A stretch of 64,000 bases of DNA from positions 1,280,001-1,344,000 of the forward strand of contig CAVVLO010000002.1 in assembly GCA_963749155.1 (NCBI GenBank), given 5' to 3'. Shown here piece by piece: positions 36,574-48,516 of the stretch (the first letter of the stretch is position 1; the number at the start of each line of letters is the position of its first letter). Origin of the DNA: an uncultured Armatimonadia bacterium (GTDB lineage: Bacteria > Armatimonadota > Zipacnadia > CAVVLO01). A program made the position numbers and the translations under genes. The notes beneath the pieces are model-generated. The model made no database searches. It saw nothing but the letters and a program-made list of their open reading frames with translations, and was not told the origin of the DNA.

Positions 36574-38579
36574 ATGAGTTGCAGCAAGCTCATCGCGTGC
36601 ACCGTCTGCCTGTTGGGAGTGACGCTTCCCGTTGCATCTCTGGCTCAGGAATCCACGGACACGACTCCCATACAGGGCGGGCCCAAGTTCACCACCTTCA
36701 TCCTGACCGACCAGGGAGACAGCAGCTTCGAGGGCATCCAGCGCTTCACCACAGGCTTGAAGGAGCGCGGCTACTATGGTCAGGTGGGCCTGACCTTCAT
36801 TCTGCACGCCGACAAGGCGACTCTGGACTTGCCGGGCCAGAAGGCCTTTTGGCAACAAGCCCTTGCCGAAGGGTGCGAGATCGGCGTCGAACGGCCTGGC
36901 ATGCGTGATGCCATCGCCAAGTGGCTGGACATCTCACCAGAATCTATCACCTTTTGGGGCACCGACCTTTTCGGCGACGCGGAACCTGAAACCCAGACCC
37001 AAAGTGCAACCCTGGGCTACGAAGCTTGCGCCAATGTCTGTCCCGAAGGCGACTCGCTGATGGAGTTCTGGGACATCCCCCACAACTGGGAAGGCGCTCC
37101 GATGTTCCCCTACTGGGCCCAGTGGGATGCCGAGAAGCCTCTTTCAACTGACCGCACCAACCGAGAACTGGACAAGAAGTCAGCCTCCCTTGAGCTGCAA
37201 TGGGCAACGCGCACTCTTTATCACAACTGGGATCGCGCTCCCTGTCCCGAGTGCTGGCACTTCGGTGAACCGCTCAAGAAGAGCCAATGGCGGGTCGGCC
37301 AACTGGTAAAACGCGGCGACATCAGCTTCTGGACGCGCCAACTAGACGACCTGGAAGCGAATCTGGCCGCTGGACGGACGCCCTTCCTTTACCTCAGTAA
37401 CGCCTCCGAGGGCAATATCTTCACTCCAGATGGCCCCTGGAGCCCGATGCTGGACAACGACGAGGCGCTCGAGTGTGCCCTGGACCTGGTCGGAGAATTT
37501 TTGAAGCGCGGCTGGATACTTGCCACGGTGCATGAGTTCACCACCTGGTACGCCGCCCACTGGCCTTGCCCTGCGGCACCCTCGATGGTTTATCTGGTGA
37601 ACGATGTCCTCGATGGCCGCACCGATCGCGATGGCAAGCCACTGAGCGGCCACGGGCCTCTGCTGCATGCCGAGACCGAATATTTCCAGATAACCGATCA
37701 CGAGTTGCGGATGGCCCCCGAGTTCATCTGCGCTTACGCTCTGCGTACCCCAAATCTGTTGCGCGGAGGGTACACGTTCGCCGACCCTGCCAAGTGGAAC
37801 GCGCCCGAAAGTGGCCGCGCGCATTATGCCTCGACAACAGGCAATGCGCTCTTCTGGAGCCCTACCGCCCCGCTTGCCGACCCGGAGGGGGTGCCCTACT
37901 TCGCTCCCAACAAACCCGCCGAGGCGCGCGACCGTTGCTTCACCCTCTACCTGGGCGATGACTGGGCCCAGTATCAGTTTGCCCCCGGGCACATCACCGA
38001 TGTAGGACGCGAGGGCGACCTTGTGCGCTGGAGCAAGCGCCAGGCAGAGCCCATCTCAGGTACCGACATCACGCTCACCTATCATAATGAGCTGGATGGC
38101 CCTCTCCACCGAGTGAAGGTCGAAATACAAGGCGCCGATGCGGTCGAGCAGCCGGTCAGGCTGCGGCTGTGTCCCTACTTCCACCAGGGCTGGGATTATG
38201 TGCCTGACAGTGTCCCGCCCGAACTTGCCGGCGCGGGGCAGGAGCGCAGCATCTTCGCAAGCGCCGAGGGCAAGGAGTTCGCCTGGTCGGAAAGCAATCC
38301 CGAGCAACGCTCCGAGCGCTGGCAACTGGAGCAGGAGGGTGACAAGCCAGCCAGTTTTAGCCTGTTCAATCGCAATCCTGGCCTTGGCAAGAGCTGGGAC
38401 GACAACCCGGACTTCAACCGGGGCTTCACAGTGACCTTGGCACGCGGCAGGCAACGCTGGAACTGCTGGATGAGCCAGGCCCTCGCCGCTACGTGACGGC
38501 GATTGTCGATTTCGGCCCACATCAGGCGGGCCAGAGCTACGAATTCAGCTTCCGATACTTCAAAGGCGCGCCTGACTAG
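36574..38579 (+). CDS. secreted hypothetical protein (polysaccharide-deacetylase-like fold possible; frameshift near 38447)
   Basis: Signal peptide. The 640-aa ORF continues in another frame (ATLELLDEPG...FRYFKGAPD) to TAG 38579, just before the next RBS. Confidence 0.55.
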
Positions 38580-38594
38580 TTAAGGAGGTCAGGA

Positions 38595-39737
38595 ATGAGG
38601 ATGACAGAGACTTTGCTATTCGCCATGCTGGCATTGATTAGCTACTTGGCACTGCTGGCCTTCGGGCAGGCAGAACGCCCACTGGTGGGTGCTATCCGCT
38701 GGGACGCCTGGCACAGCTCGAAGGGCGGCCCGGGGCTTGCCGTCGAGCACTCTCTTGGGCCTGAGCGCTATCACTGGAGGCTGCCTTTCTTCGCCGTTGT
38801 GCGCGGTGAGGACGATATCACAGTTGACGGCACCACCCAGCCGATAATGGACACCGAAATCACCTGGGCAGCCTGGGCAGGCCTCGATTATTGGGCCTTC
38901 GTGATGTACCAGCCCGACACTGCGATGAGCCTCGCTCTCGACCTGTATCTGGCAAGCGAAAAGCGCAGCCTTATCAACTTCGCGATGATCAGCGGGCCGG
39001 ACGGCCTGGATGAGGCGGCCAAGCACTCCGACCGGCTGTTCGAGCTGATGGCCCGGCCGACTTACCAGCGTGTTGCAGGGGGCAGGCCTCTCTACTTCGT
39101 CGGCTTCCTGGACCAGAAATGGCTGGACGCCTGGGGCGGCGAAGAAGGGGTCAAAGCGGTTGGAGAGGCTTTCCGTGCCAGAGCCACCGAATACGGACTG
39201 CCCAGGCCTTATCTGGTAGTGATGGATTTCAATCCCACCGAGGGCGAACGCTGGCGCAAGCTGCTTGGCGCTGATGCAATAAGCTCCTATGCGACCTCCG
39301 CAGCCGATGAAGCCGCGCCGTATTCCAAACTGACTGAATACACAGAAAACTTTTGGGAGCGCTGCCTCGCTACCGGCGCGCAGGTGGTGCCGACCGTGAT
39401 GAGTGGGTGGGACAGACGTCCGCGTATCGAGCGGCCTGTGCCGTGGGAAGCTTCCTACCAGCAACCGGGCGTCGGGATGGAGCGCTATTACGAGGCGCCA
39501 ACTCCGAGCGAGCTTACAGCTCATCTTGGGCGCGCACTGGACTGGATAGAGGCTCATCCTGATAATAGCGAGCCAAACTGCGCGCTCATCTACGCGTGGA
39601 ATGAGAACGATGAAGGTGGCTGGCTGGTACCGACTCTTTCCGAGGGCCCGGCTCGCCTGGTGGCCTTGCATGGGCTGCTCAGGCCCGACTCGGAAGCGCC
39701 TGAGCCCGCCCTGCCTTCTTTGGAGGAACATGAATGA
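38595..39737 (+). CDS. secreted GH99/WbsX-like glycoside hydrolase
   Basis: VGAIRWDAW, A..AGLDYWAF, GRPL, GWDRRPR, YAWNENDEGG. Confidence 0.7.
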   Translation: MRMTETLLFAMLALISYLALLAFGQAERPLVGAIRWDAWHSSKGGPGLAVEHSLGPERYHWRLPFFAVVRGEDDITVDGTTQPIMDTEITWAAWAGLDYWAFVMYQPDTAMSLALDLYLASEKRSLINFAMISGPDGLDEAAKHSDRLFELMARPTYQRVAGGRPLYFVGFLDQKWLDAWGGEEGVKAVGEAFRARATEYGLPRPYLVVMDFNPTEGERWRKLLGADAISSYATSAADEAAPYSKLTEYTENFWERCLATGAQVVPTVMSGWDRRPRIERPVPWEASYQQPGVGMERYYEAPTPSELTAHLGRALDWIEAHPDNSEPNCALIYAWNENDEGGWLVPTLSEGPARLVALHGLLRPDSEAPEPALPSLEEHE

Positions 39738-42370
39738 AACTGATCTTTGGACTAATCCTGCTTGTGATGGTGATTACGATGGTTCCCAGTGTTGAGGCTG
39801 CTTCTCCGACGGCGGGTAGATCCGTTGATTTGGCGCCGTGGACGTATGTATGGCGGGCGGACCGTGACGTCCAGCCCCAGCCGGAGGCGTACTTCATCCC
39901 CCGGAGGCTCGAGCGACTGGACAGGGTGTACCGCACGGCACACGAAGCGTTACCGCCGGACCAGCTCAAGAGCCTCTATTATGACATGCCGACTGTGCTG
40001 CAGCCGCTGCCGCCCAAGCCCGAAGGCCAACTCACGCTCGGATTGTTGTGGACCGGCGGATTGGTGGATTATCAGGTGCAGTTGCACTGGCCGGCTGGGT
40101 CAGAGCCGCCCGCACCTGACACGGTAGAAGTCAGGGCCTACCCCAGTGCCTTCGGGTGGTTTGGCTGGACGGTGGATCAGATTCTGGAAGGACCTGTGGT
40201 GTCGAGTAACGGCCTCACCTGGGTCTACAAGAGCGACCCGACCGTGCTGATGGACTTCTCTTACAACGCTCATCCCCCGGCCGCGACCGAGATGGTGGCC
40301 GTCTTCTGCAAGCCTGACGCCTCTGGCGCGTTGCCAGCGGTCCCGGATATCCAGGTGGTCGGCCCCAGCCTGGGTGACTGGCAGTCAGTGAACCTTGAGC
40401 TTGAGTGGGGCTTCGAGCCTGGCAGTCCGAAGGGCGACCTGGTGCAGAAGCTTGAACCCTATATGACCGAGCTTGGCGTAGCTATAGCGCTTGGGGGGGG
40501 CAGACACGGCTTGTCCATCCCAGCGCTCTATGCGCCCGATGCCCCTTCCGGCCTCGACAGCAGGATTACCGTCCGGACAGAATCTGGCGGCTTCACCTTC
40601 AGCATCAAGGACCTGGCCAGAGGGCCAATCCTGATTCCGGCGTCGGGCTTCTACATCACGCCGGCCGGCGGCCTGACGGCGGCCGAGTTCTCAAAGCAAC
40701 TGCTCGCGAAAGATGCCAAGAGCATCCGGCAGCTTACGAACGAACATCCGGAGGCCACCTCTTTCGACCAACTGATGCAGGAGGTGCGCCTGTGGACCTG
40801 CCCTGAAGGGACCGAGCTAAAACCTTTCCCCGAGGTGCCGGAGCCCGCGATGCAGGTCAGATTATCAGATGAGGGCTGGACTGCCGCCTGGCGCGCTGCC
40901 TCCAGCCAGCTCACAGGCGCCCATATGTGGGGTAGCCTGGCCTTCGAGGTCGGGCGCGTGGCTCACGAGATGGAACTTATAGGCCTGCACGAGCATGCGG
41001 ACAAGATTTATCAGTATTTTCTCCAATCGCCTGGCGCCAAGCCTGATGGCGACTACTCGGACGGCGACGGGGCGCTCGAAGGGCCGACCTCATTGCGCCA
41101 CGAGATGGGCTACAGCCATGATGGGACTCACTCCTCGACGGGCAGGTTGCTGTTCGCGATGGCCGAGAGGTACTTCCTCACTGGCGATGCCGAGTGGTTT
41201 GGCGAGCGCCGGGCCAGACTCCAGGCGGCAGCCGACTGGCTCATCCGCCAGCGCCGCCAATATATGGATTACCTCCCCAACCGGGACGAGTTGTTTGTCG
41301 CCGGGCTGCTGCCGCCGGTCATGCTCGGCGACTATGCCCTGCCGGCCTGCGACTGGCACTGGTATTACGTGGATAACGCCCTGGCGCTGCAGGGGCTGCA
41401 ACGGTTCGCCGACGCGCTCGCCGACTTCGATCTCGAGGCGGGCCGCAAGTATCAAAAGGAAGCCGAGGCCTACCGCGCCGATCTTCAGCGCGTGACAGGG
41501 GAAGAGGCTATCCTCGCCCCGGTGCGGCTTGGCCGCGACGGCAAGTACCACACCTACCTGCCGCGTATGGCTTATGCCCGGGGCCTGCCTGGCATCGAGC
41601 TGGGGGCGCCGCAGTTCCCTGAGAGTGACTTCTGGATGGGCGCCTTGCCTCTGGCAGAGCCCTTCGCCGTGCTGGATGCGACCGACCCGCGGGTACTTTC
41701 CACCTCGGATCTGATGGAAGAGATGGGCACCACCGAGGCGGGAATCGTGGCTACCGAGGCCCAGCGCGAACAGAAGGGCCTGCCGACCGCCGACGCGTGG
41801 TTCTGGCGCCCCTATTCCATCTTGCCCAAGGCCTCTCACACGGCCAACATCTACCTGCTACAGGACGACATACCGAGCTTCCTGCGCTTCTGGAGCAACG
41901 CTTATGCCTCGATGGTGGGCGCTGATGGCAAGCTGTGGGAGCACTGGCACCTGGGCAACTTCGACCCCTGTGCTGCGCCCGACAATGGCACGGCTGGCTG
42001 GTTTATGGAGAACTTCCGCGACCTGCTCGTGATGGAGCTTGACGGCGCCCTCTGGATCGCGAAGGGCACCCCGCGCGCCTGGCTCGAGCAGGGCAAGAGC
42101 ATCGAGGTCTCGAGCGCCCCAACCTGCTTCGGCACACTGGCCTATGAGATTGTCTCGGACGTGGATCACGGCGAGATTACCGCCACAATCGCGATTCCCG
42201 ACCGAGCCCCGGCCAAGGAAGTCATCCTGCGGCTGCGCCATCCGAATGCGACGCCCATCAAGTCGGTCCTTGTAAACGGTGCGCCGTGGAAGGACTTCGA
42301 CCCGGCGAAGGAGACCATCACTCTGAGGGGTCTTTCGGGCAAGGCTGTCGTCGTTGCCAATTACCAGTAA
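39734..42370 (+). CDS. secreted (alpha/alpha)6-barrel glycoside hydrolase-like protein, paralog 1
   Basis: Signal peptide; ERYFLTGD..W......L..AADW...R, GLLPP...GD, GTPRAWLE.G..I.V..APT.FG. Confidence 0.75.
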   Translation: MKLIFGLILLVMVITMVPSVEAASPTAGRSVDLAPWTYVWRADRDVQPQPEAYFIPRRLERLDRVYRTAHEALPPDQLKSLYYDMPTVLQPLPPKPEGQLTLGLLWTGGLVDYQVQLHWPAGSEPPAPDTVEVRAYPSAFGWFGWTVDQILEGPVVSSNGLTWVYKSDPTVLMDFSYNAHPPAATEMVAVFCKPDASGALPAVPDIQVVGPSLGDWQSVNLELEWGFEPGSPKGDLVQKLEPYMTELGVAIALGGGRHGLSIPALYAPDAPSGLDSRITVRTESGGFTFSIKDLARGPILIPASGFYITPAGGLTAAEFSKQLLAKDAKSIRQLTNEHPEATSFDQLMQEVRLWTCPEGTELKPFPEVPEPAMQVRLSDEGWTAAWRAASSQLTGAHMWGSLAFEVGRVAHEMELIGLHEHADKIYQYFLQSPGAKPDGDYSDGDGALEGPTSLRHEMGYSHDGTHSSTGRLLFAMAERYFLTGDAEWFGERRARLQAAADWLIRQRRQYMDYLPNRDELFVAGLLPPVMLGDYALPACDWHWYYVDNALALQGLQRFADALADFDLEAGRKYQKEAEAYRADLQRVTGEEAILAPVRLGRDGKYHTYLPRMAYARGLPGIELGAPQFPESDFWMGALPLAEPFAVLDATDPRVLSTSDLMEEMGTTEAGIVATEAQREQKGLPTADAWFWRPYSILPKASHTANIYLLQDDIPSFLRFWSNAYASMVGADGKLWEHWHLGNFDPCAAPDNGTAGWFMENFRDLLVMELDGALWIAKGTPRAWLEQGKSIEVSSAPTCFGTLAYEIVSDVDHGEITATIAIPDRAPAKEVILRLRHPNATPIKSVLVNGAPWKDFDPAKETITLRGLSGKAVVVANYQ

Positions 42371-42385
42371 GGAAGGAGACCAGCC

Positions 42386-45017
42386 TTGAGACTTGCCTTG
42401 CCGCTTCTTGCTTCAATACTGATTGCAGCCGCGCTAGCCAGCGCAGGAGGAAGTATGAACGCTGACCCAGAGAGCTTCTCAGCCCAGGAGGGCGCCCCCG
42501 TTGATCTCGCGCCGTGGACGTATGTCTGGCGCGCTGACCGTGACGTCCAGCCCCAGCCGGAGGCGTATTTCATCCCGCGCCGGCTGGACAGGCTGGACAG
42601 GATTTACCGCACCGCTTATGACGCGCTGCCGCAAGACCAGCTCAAGAGCCTCTACTACGATATGCCTACCGTACTGGAGCCACTGCCCCCCAAACCCGAG
42701 GGGAAGCTTCAGGTAGGCCTGCTGTGGACTGGCGGCCTTGTGGATTATGAGGTGCAACTGCACTGGCCTGCTGGAGCAGTAGCTCCCCTCTCCTGAGCAG
42801 GTCGAGGTCCGGGCCTATCCCAGCGCCTTCGGGTGGTTCGGCTGGACGGTAGATCAGATACTGGAAGGACCTGTGGTGTCGAGTAATGGCCTCACCTGGG
42901 TCTACAAGAGCGACCCAACCGTGCTGATGGATTTCGCCTACAGCACTCACCCTCCGGCGGCAACCGAGATGGTAGCCGTTTTCTGCAGGCCCGACACTTC
43001 CGGCGCGCTGCCGCCTGTGCCCGCCCTCCAGGTAGTCGGCGCGAGCCTGGGCGACTGGCAGCGGATGGACATCGAGCTGGAAGGGGGCTTCGTGGAGTCG
43101 CTTGAGCCCTATCTGGCCAGGCTTGGCTCCACCAAGCCACTTGGCGCGGGCAGGCAGGGCCTGGCTCTGTCGGTGTTATACGCGCCTGATGCCCCTCCCG
43201 GACTCGACAGCCGGATCACGGTCCGCGGCAAGTCGGGCGATTTCACGCTCAGCCTGAAGGATCTGGACAAGGGCCCGATGTTGCTCCCCACCTTCGGCGC
43301 CTATGTGACCAAGGCTGGTGGGCCAACCGCCGCAGAGTTCTCGAAGCAACTGGCCGCCAAGGGCCTGAAGAGCGTCCGCGAGCAGGTGCGCGAGCATCCC
43401 GAGGCCACCTCTTGGGACCAGTTGATGCAGGAGGTGCGTTTCTGGACCTGCCCCGAAGGTACTCCAGTGCCGCCCTTCCCTGACACTCCCGCGCCTGCGA
43501 TGCAGGTGCAATTGTCGGATGAGCGCTGGACCGAGGCCTGGAACGTCGCTACCGACCAGATGCGGGGGCCGCATCTCTGGCCTCGACTGGGGCATGAGAT
43601 AGGCCGCGTGGTGCGCGATATGGAGCTGGTAGGCCTGCACGATTACACCCCAGAGCTTTACGACTACTTCCTCGAATCGCCGGGTGTGAAGGCTGATGGC
43701 GACTATGTGGACGCAGCGGGCTCCCTCGAGTGGGCGACCGCGATGCGCCACGATATGGGCTACAGCCACGAAGGTACCCACCCCTCGACTGGCAGGTTGC
43801 TCTTCTCGATGTGCGAGCGGTACTTCCTGACAGGCGATCCGACTTGGTTCGAGCAGCACCGGGCGCGCCTCACGGCCGCTGCCGACTGGATCATCCGGGA
43901 GCGCCGGGAGTATATGGCCGACCTGCCCAACCGCGACAAGCTGTTCGTGGCGGGGCTGCTGCCGCCGGCGATGATGGGTGACTACGCCCTGCCCGCCAGC
44001 GACTGGCACTGGTATTACAGCGACAATGCGCTGGCCTTGCAGGGGCTGCAGCGGTTCGCTGACGTGCTGATGCAACTGGATCCGAAGGCTGGCCGCAAGT
44101 ACGAGGCCGAGGCCGATGCCTACCGCGCCGATCTCAAGCGTATTGTGGAGGAGGACACCGCGCTCGCCCCCGTGCGACTCGGGCGCGATGGGATGTACCA
44201 CAGCTTCATCCCGCGGATGGCTTACTGCCGCGGCCTGACTGGGCCCGAGCTGGGCGCCCCGCAGTTCCCGGATTGCGATCTCTTCTGGGGTTCTCTCCCC
44301 GTCGCGGACGTCTTCGGCGCACTGGAGGCCAGTGACTACCGCGTGGTCGGCACCGTTGATGCGATGGAAGAGCTGGGCACCTCCGAGAAGACCATCCAGT
44401 CACTCGTAGATGCCCGCAGGCAGAAAGGCCTGCCAACTGAAGACGCCTGGTTCTGGTGCGATTACTCCTTCCTGCCGAAGATCTCGCACAATGCGAATAT
44501 CTATCTGCTCGAAGACGACGTACCGAACTTCCTGCGCTTCCTGTTCAATTCCTACGCCGGGATGGTCGGCGCCAATGGCAAGGTGTGGGAGCACTGGCAC
44601 CTCGGCCAGTTCACTGACTGCGATGTGCCTGACACGATGACGGCCGGCTGGTTCGTCGAAAACTTCCGTAATGCGCTGGTGATGGAGCTGGGTGACACGC
44701 TGTGGCTTGGGCGGGGCACTCCGCGCGCCTGGCTCGAGCAGGGCAAGACTATCTCTGTAGCCAAGGCGCCGACCTACTTTGGGACGCTCGCTTATACGGT
44801 GACTTCGGACATCGCAGGCGGCAGCATCACCGCGACCATCCAGGTTCCCGACCGAGCGCCGGCAAAGGAAGTCATCCTGCGGCTGCGCCGGCCGGATGCG
44901 ACGCCCATCAAGTCGGTCACTGTAAACGGCGCGCCATGGAAGGACTTCGACCCGGCAAAGGAGACCATCACGCTGAAGGGTCTTTCGGGCCAGGTCACAG
45001 TGGTGGCGCGGTATTAA
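42386..45017 (+). CDS. secreted (alpha/alpha)6-barrel glycoside hydrolase-like protein, paralog 2 (frameshift near 42790)
   Basis: ORFs 42386-42796 and 42873-45017 together align end to end with 39734-42370. Confidence 0.75.
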
Positions 45018-45048
45018 GGCGAGGATCAAAAGAGCAGCTCACCTCGGC

Positions 45049-45089
45049 TTGCACAGGCCAGATATGTGGTATACAATATGGTATACCAC
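45049..45089 (+). promoter_or_regulatory. TA promoter with overlapping palindromic operator
   Basis: TTGCAC-N17-TACAAT; inverted repeat GTGGTATAC-AATATG-GTATACCAC at 45066-45089. Confidence 0.8.
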
Positions 45090-45108
45090 TAGTTTGGGAG
45101 CTAACCAG

Positions 45109-45402
45109 ATGCCAACTGTAAGGAAGAACAAGCTAACCGGAGCGGCTAACCGCGATACGGTGGTAGTGCGGGTAAGTGAGAAGACTCGCGCTACGGCCGA
45201 GCAACTCGCACAAGAGCATGGCACCACAATGACGCGCATCTTCGCCGAAGCGGTGGAGCGCCTCCGGCGTCATTACATCCTAAAAGAGACCAACGAGAGG
45301 TACGCTGAACTGCGCGACGATCCCGAAGCCTGGGCTGAGATCAAGGCAGAGCGCGAGTTGTGGGATTCGACGCTGTCCGATGGGCTTGAGGGCCTGGAGT
45401 GA
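45109..45402 (+). CDS. antitoxin (ribbon-helix-helix, MazE-type partner)
   Basis: VVRVSEKTR...LA...G.TM......AVE and acidic C-terminus ERELWDSTLSDGLE; 4-nt overlap with the toxin. Confidence 0.82.
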   Translation: MPTVRKNKLTGAANRDTVVVRVSEKTRATAEQLAQEHGTTMTRIFAEAVERLRRHYILKETNERYAELRDDPEAWAEIKAERELWDSTLSDGLEGLE

Positions 45403-45755
45403 GCCTGAGTCCAGAACGTGGCGAGGTTTGGTGGGCCGATCTTGACCCTGTAAGGGGTCACGAGCAGGCGGGCATACGGCCGGTGCTTGTGGTTTCGAGT
45501 AACGATTATAACTATGGCAGGGCTGACCTTTACGTGGTGCTACCAATCACCCGGACAAACCGAGGTGTCCGCCTTCATGTACCCGTCGTCCCGCCCGAGG
45601 GGGGGCTTGGTAAGCCAAGTCTTATCCTCTGTGACCAGCCGCGAGCCATTGCGGCGGAACGTTTTGGCGACCGGATTGGGCGCGTCTCACCTGGTGTGAT
45701 GACCCGCGTGGAAGATGCGCTACGTATCCTGCTCGATCTGTTCGACCAGTTCTGA
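45399..45755 (+). CDS. mazF: PemK/MazF family endoribonuclease toxin
   Basis: RGEVWWADLDPVRGHEQAGIRPVLVVS, V.PIT, S.ILCDQ.RAI...R. Confidence 0.92.
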   Translation: MSLSPERGEVWWADLDPVRGHEQAGIRPVLVVSSNDYNYGRADLYVVLPITRTNRGVRLHVPVVPPEGGLGKPSLILCDQPRAIAAERFGDRIGRVSPGVMTRVEDALRILLDLFDQF

Positions 45756-45770
45756 ACCTCAACTGCAAGT

Positions 45771-45800
45771 AAAGGGGAGGCCCTTCGGGCCTCCCCTTTT
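45771..45800. terminator. bidirectional terminator
   Basis: AAAGGGGAGGCCC-TTCG-GGCCTCCCCTTTT. Confidence 0.85.
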
Positions 45801-45826
45801 CAGTGATTCAGATTGAGTGGTCGATA

Positions 45827-48326
45827 TTACTTCTCCCACTTCTTGTACCGCAGCAGCAGCGAGTCGGGAGTCTCCTCGAAGGTGACGCGGTAGCCCTCTT
45901 CGAGCAGCTCCTTGCCGGAGAAGGTCTTCGAGTTGCCTGTATCCATATTGGTCACCGTGTATTTGGAGCCGGCCTCGAGCCCGTGCAGGCGCAATCTGGC
46001 GGCTTCGTAGATGCTATCCGGGCGCTTGAAAACTTGCACGAAGCCCTGGCCCTTCTCCGGCACGTCGAACTGCCAGCCAATCCAGGCGTCGGTCGCAAGC
46101 GAGTAGTTGGTCAGTGGATAATAATCGCCCAGGAAGTCCGGCGAGACCTCTCTCCACTGGTTATACAGCTTGCGATAGGTCTCGTAGTCGGCCTCTTCGC
46201 GCCTCATATCGAAGCAAGAGTTGAAACTCGGGCACATCACGCTGCGGAAGAGATACGGGTCGGTACTGTTGCCGCCGCTGCCATAATAGGGGATCCAGAA
46301 ACTGATGCCATAGGTATGCCCCTGATTGCCGATCGGCTCCAGGATGTAGTCGCTCCTGAGCAGCGGCACCGCGCGGCGCAGGGTCTCGAGGTCATTGCGC
46401 CGGCCACCGCTTGCGCAAGAGTCTAATCAGCATATCCGGATGGCGCCTCAGCAACTCATCCCAGTAGGCCAGGTGCCCCTGCACATAGAGGTTCTCGCAC
46501 ATCCCCTGGCGGTCCTCGGCGTCGGCTGCGCGCCAGAAAGTCAGCGGGTCGATGTTGTAGTCCTCGCGGTAGAGGTCTATCCCCTCCGATTTCAGTAGTC
46601 CATCGGTGTGGTCGGTCAGCCACTTGACTGCTTCAGGGTTACCGAGGTTCAACAGGCGCTGGTCCGGGGCCTCTCCAAGCAACCATTCGGGATGGTTGTC
46701 CCAGATCCATGTGCCGGCGGTCACGCGCTCCGGCTCGAACCAGACAATCGTGTCAACCCCGCGCTCATGGCCGTAGTCTGTAATCGGTCTCAGCCCGCCG
46801 GGGAAGCGCTTCTGGTCGACTTCCCAGGTGCCGGTGTTGGGCCAGCCCCAGGCCTGCTCGTACCAGCCGGCATCCATCCACCAGTAATCCAGCTGGATGC
46901 CCTCGTCCAGATAACGCTGGATGAACATTTTTTGGGTGTCGCTGTTGGCGTTGACCATCTCGCCATACTGGTGCGAGCTGCAGGCGACAAATTGCGACTT
47001 CGGCGGTTCTCCATACGGCCGGGGGATGTTATGGGCGACCATCCAGCGGCGCCAGAGGTTCTGTCCGCGAATCCAGTCACCCTTGTAGAAGACCATCGCG
47101 ACCAGCGGAGTGCGTATCGCCTCGCCCGGGTGGAGCTTCAGATGAGTGAGTTGCTGCCCAGCGAGCAGCCTGATATTGGTGCCAGCGTCTCGCTCGAAGG
47201 TGGCTTCCCACTGGCCAGGCCAGCCCAGGCCAATCATCACGCCTTCACTTGGCCATTGCAGATTGAAATAGCACAGCCACTCGCTGGTCGGCCTGCCGCG
47301 CTCGGGGGCAAGGGTGAACTGCTCTCCGGCGCGCAGTTTCTTCAGGTGAGGTTCGTAATCGTCGGCCCGGCAGGGGCTGCCGGTGAAGTAATGCAGGCGG
47401 AACTCTGTCGAGTCGTCGCCAGGCCAGTTATAGCGGATCAGGCTTGTGTCCAACGCCTGGATATCCTCAATTATCGGTGTATCCCCTGTGCCCAGATTTT
47501 TGAAATAGCAAGTCCACTCCACGGCGGGATAGTCGCTGTATTGAACCGCCACACACTTGAATTCGAGCCTGGTCTCAGGTTCGGTAAAAGTGTAAGTGTA
47601 TTGGGTGCGCGTCCTGTCGAGTTTGGTCACGGTGTCGCGGCGCTCCCAGGTGGGCAGCACCTCGGCCGAGGGCTTGCCATCCCAGGTGAAAGAGAAGGGC
47701 AGCCCGCCAGGGAAGGCTGGCACCTGGGCCTCTTCCATCGGCAGCTCTCCAAGCCAAAGCGTGCTCCCCCCCTGGAGGATGACTTTGGCATTGACCCAGT
47801 CGGCCTGATCGCAGGAGATGCCATCACCGCCATCGTCTAGCTCCAGAGCGAACTCCGTCGCCCCGCCAAGAGGGACGCTGACCCTGGCTGGCTTATCGCC
47901 TTCGCGCATAACTTCTGACTTGTAGAGTTCAGTTTCACCAATAAGCACCGAGAAGACGACCGAACCGCGCCCGCCCTGAGTCTGAGCGTTGCTATCCACC
48001 CCGATAAGCGCCTCGAAACGCTCTGCCGGAGAGGCGAGACGCACTTCGAGCCGGCTGTTCGCGTGGCAGAAAAGCCCGGTGTTGAAGACCTGGTTGCCGA
48101 ACCGCATCGGCGCGCAGAGCCGCTCGTTCTGCTGCACGGTGTCATTGTTGCGGACGACAGTAATCGAGGGCACGGGCAAGCGAGGCTCAGCCCCTCCGAG
48201 CAGGCTGGCAGCCGTCCAGCGCTGGGCTTGCCAAAGCTCACTTGCGGTAGGGCCGACGGGGAAAGCCAGTTGCGCGCTCATAATCAGCACGCCTCCTAAT
48301 ACGAGTAGTAGAGCGATACCACGCAT
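45827..48326 (-). CDS. alpha-galactosidase (GH36) with N-terminal NPCBM domain (frameshift near 46420)
   Basis: GLFCHANS...IGVD...GSVVF...DGGDGISCDQADW NPCBM motif; WWMDAGWY, RFPGGL, WFEPE, YREDYN; the C-terminal part is ORF 45827-46369. Confidence 0.85.
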
Positions 48327-48485
48327 TCTTCATCCCTCCGGTGAGGGGTATTCGACATAGAAAGTGGAGTCCTGCGAGGACTGGACTAGAGAATAACTTC
48401 AGCTGTCCTCAGGGGGCTTGAAGGCCTTAACTGCAACTTAATGAAAACTTATGATAAAAAAAACGAGATACAGGCGAGGAAAACT

Positions 48486-48513
48486 GGAACTCCGGCAGGG
48501 GAACGGGCGTCTA
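48486..48513 (+). promoter_or_regulatory. ECF sigma-type promoter
   Basis: GGAACT-N16-CGTCTA, with no ORF downstream before a terminator. Confidence 0.55.
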
Positions 48514-48516
48514 TAA

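Noticed and set aside
42794..42796. TGA read-through (selenocysteine or recoding) in split genes
   Set aside because: Downstream segments are in different frames, and TGA is used as a normal stop elsewhere.
39734..45017. Diversity-generating retroelement TR/VR pair
   Set aside because: The similarity spans whole genes, the differences are not adenine-specific, and there is no reverse transcriptase in the window.
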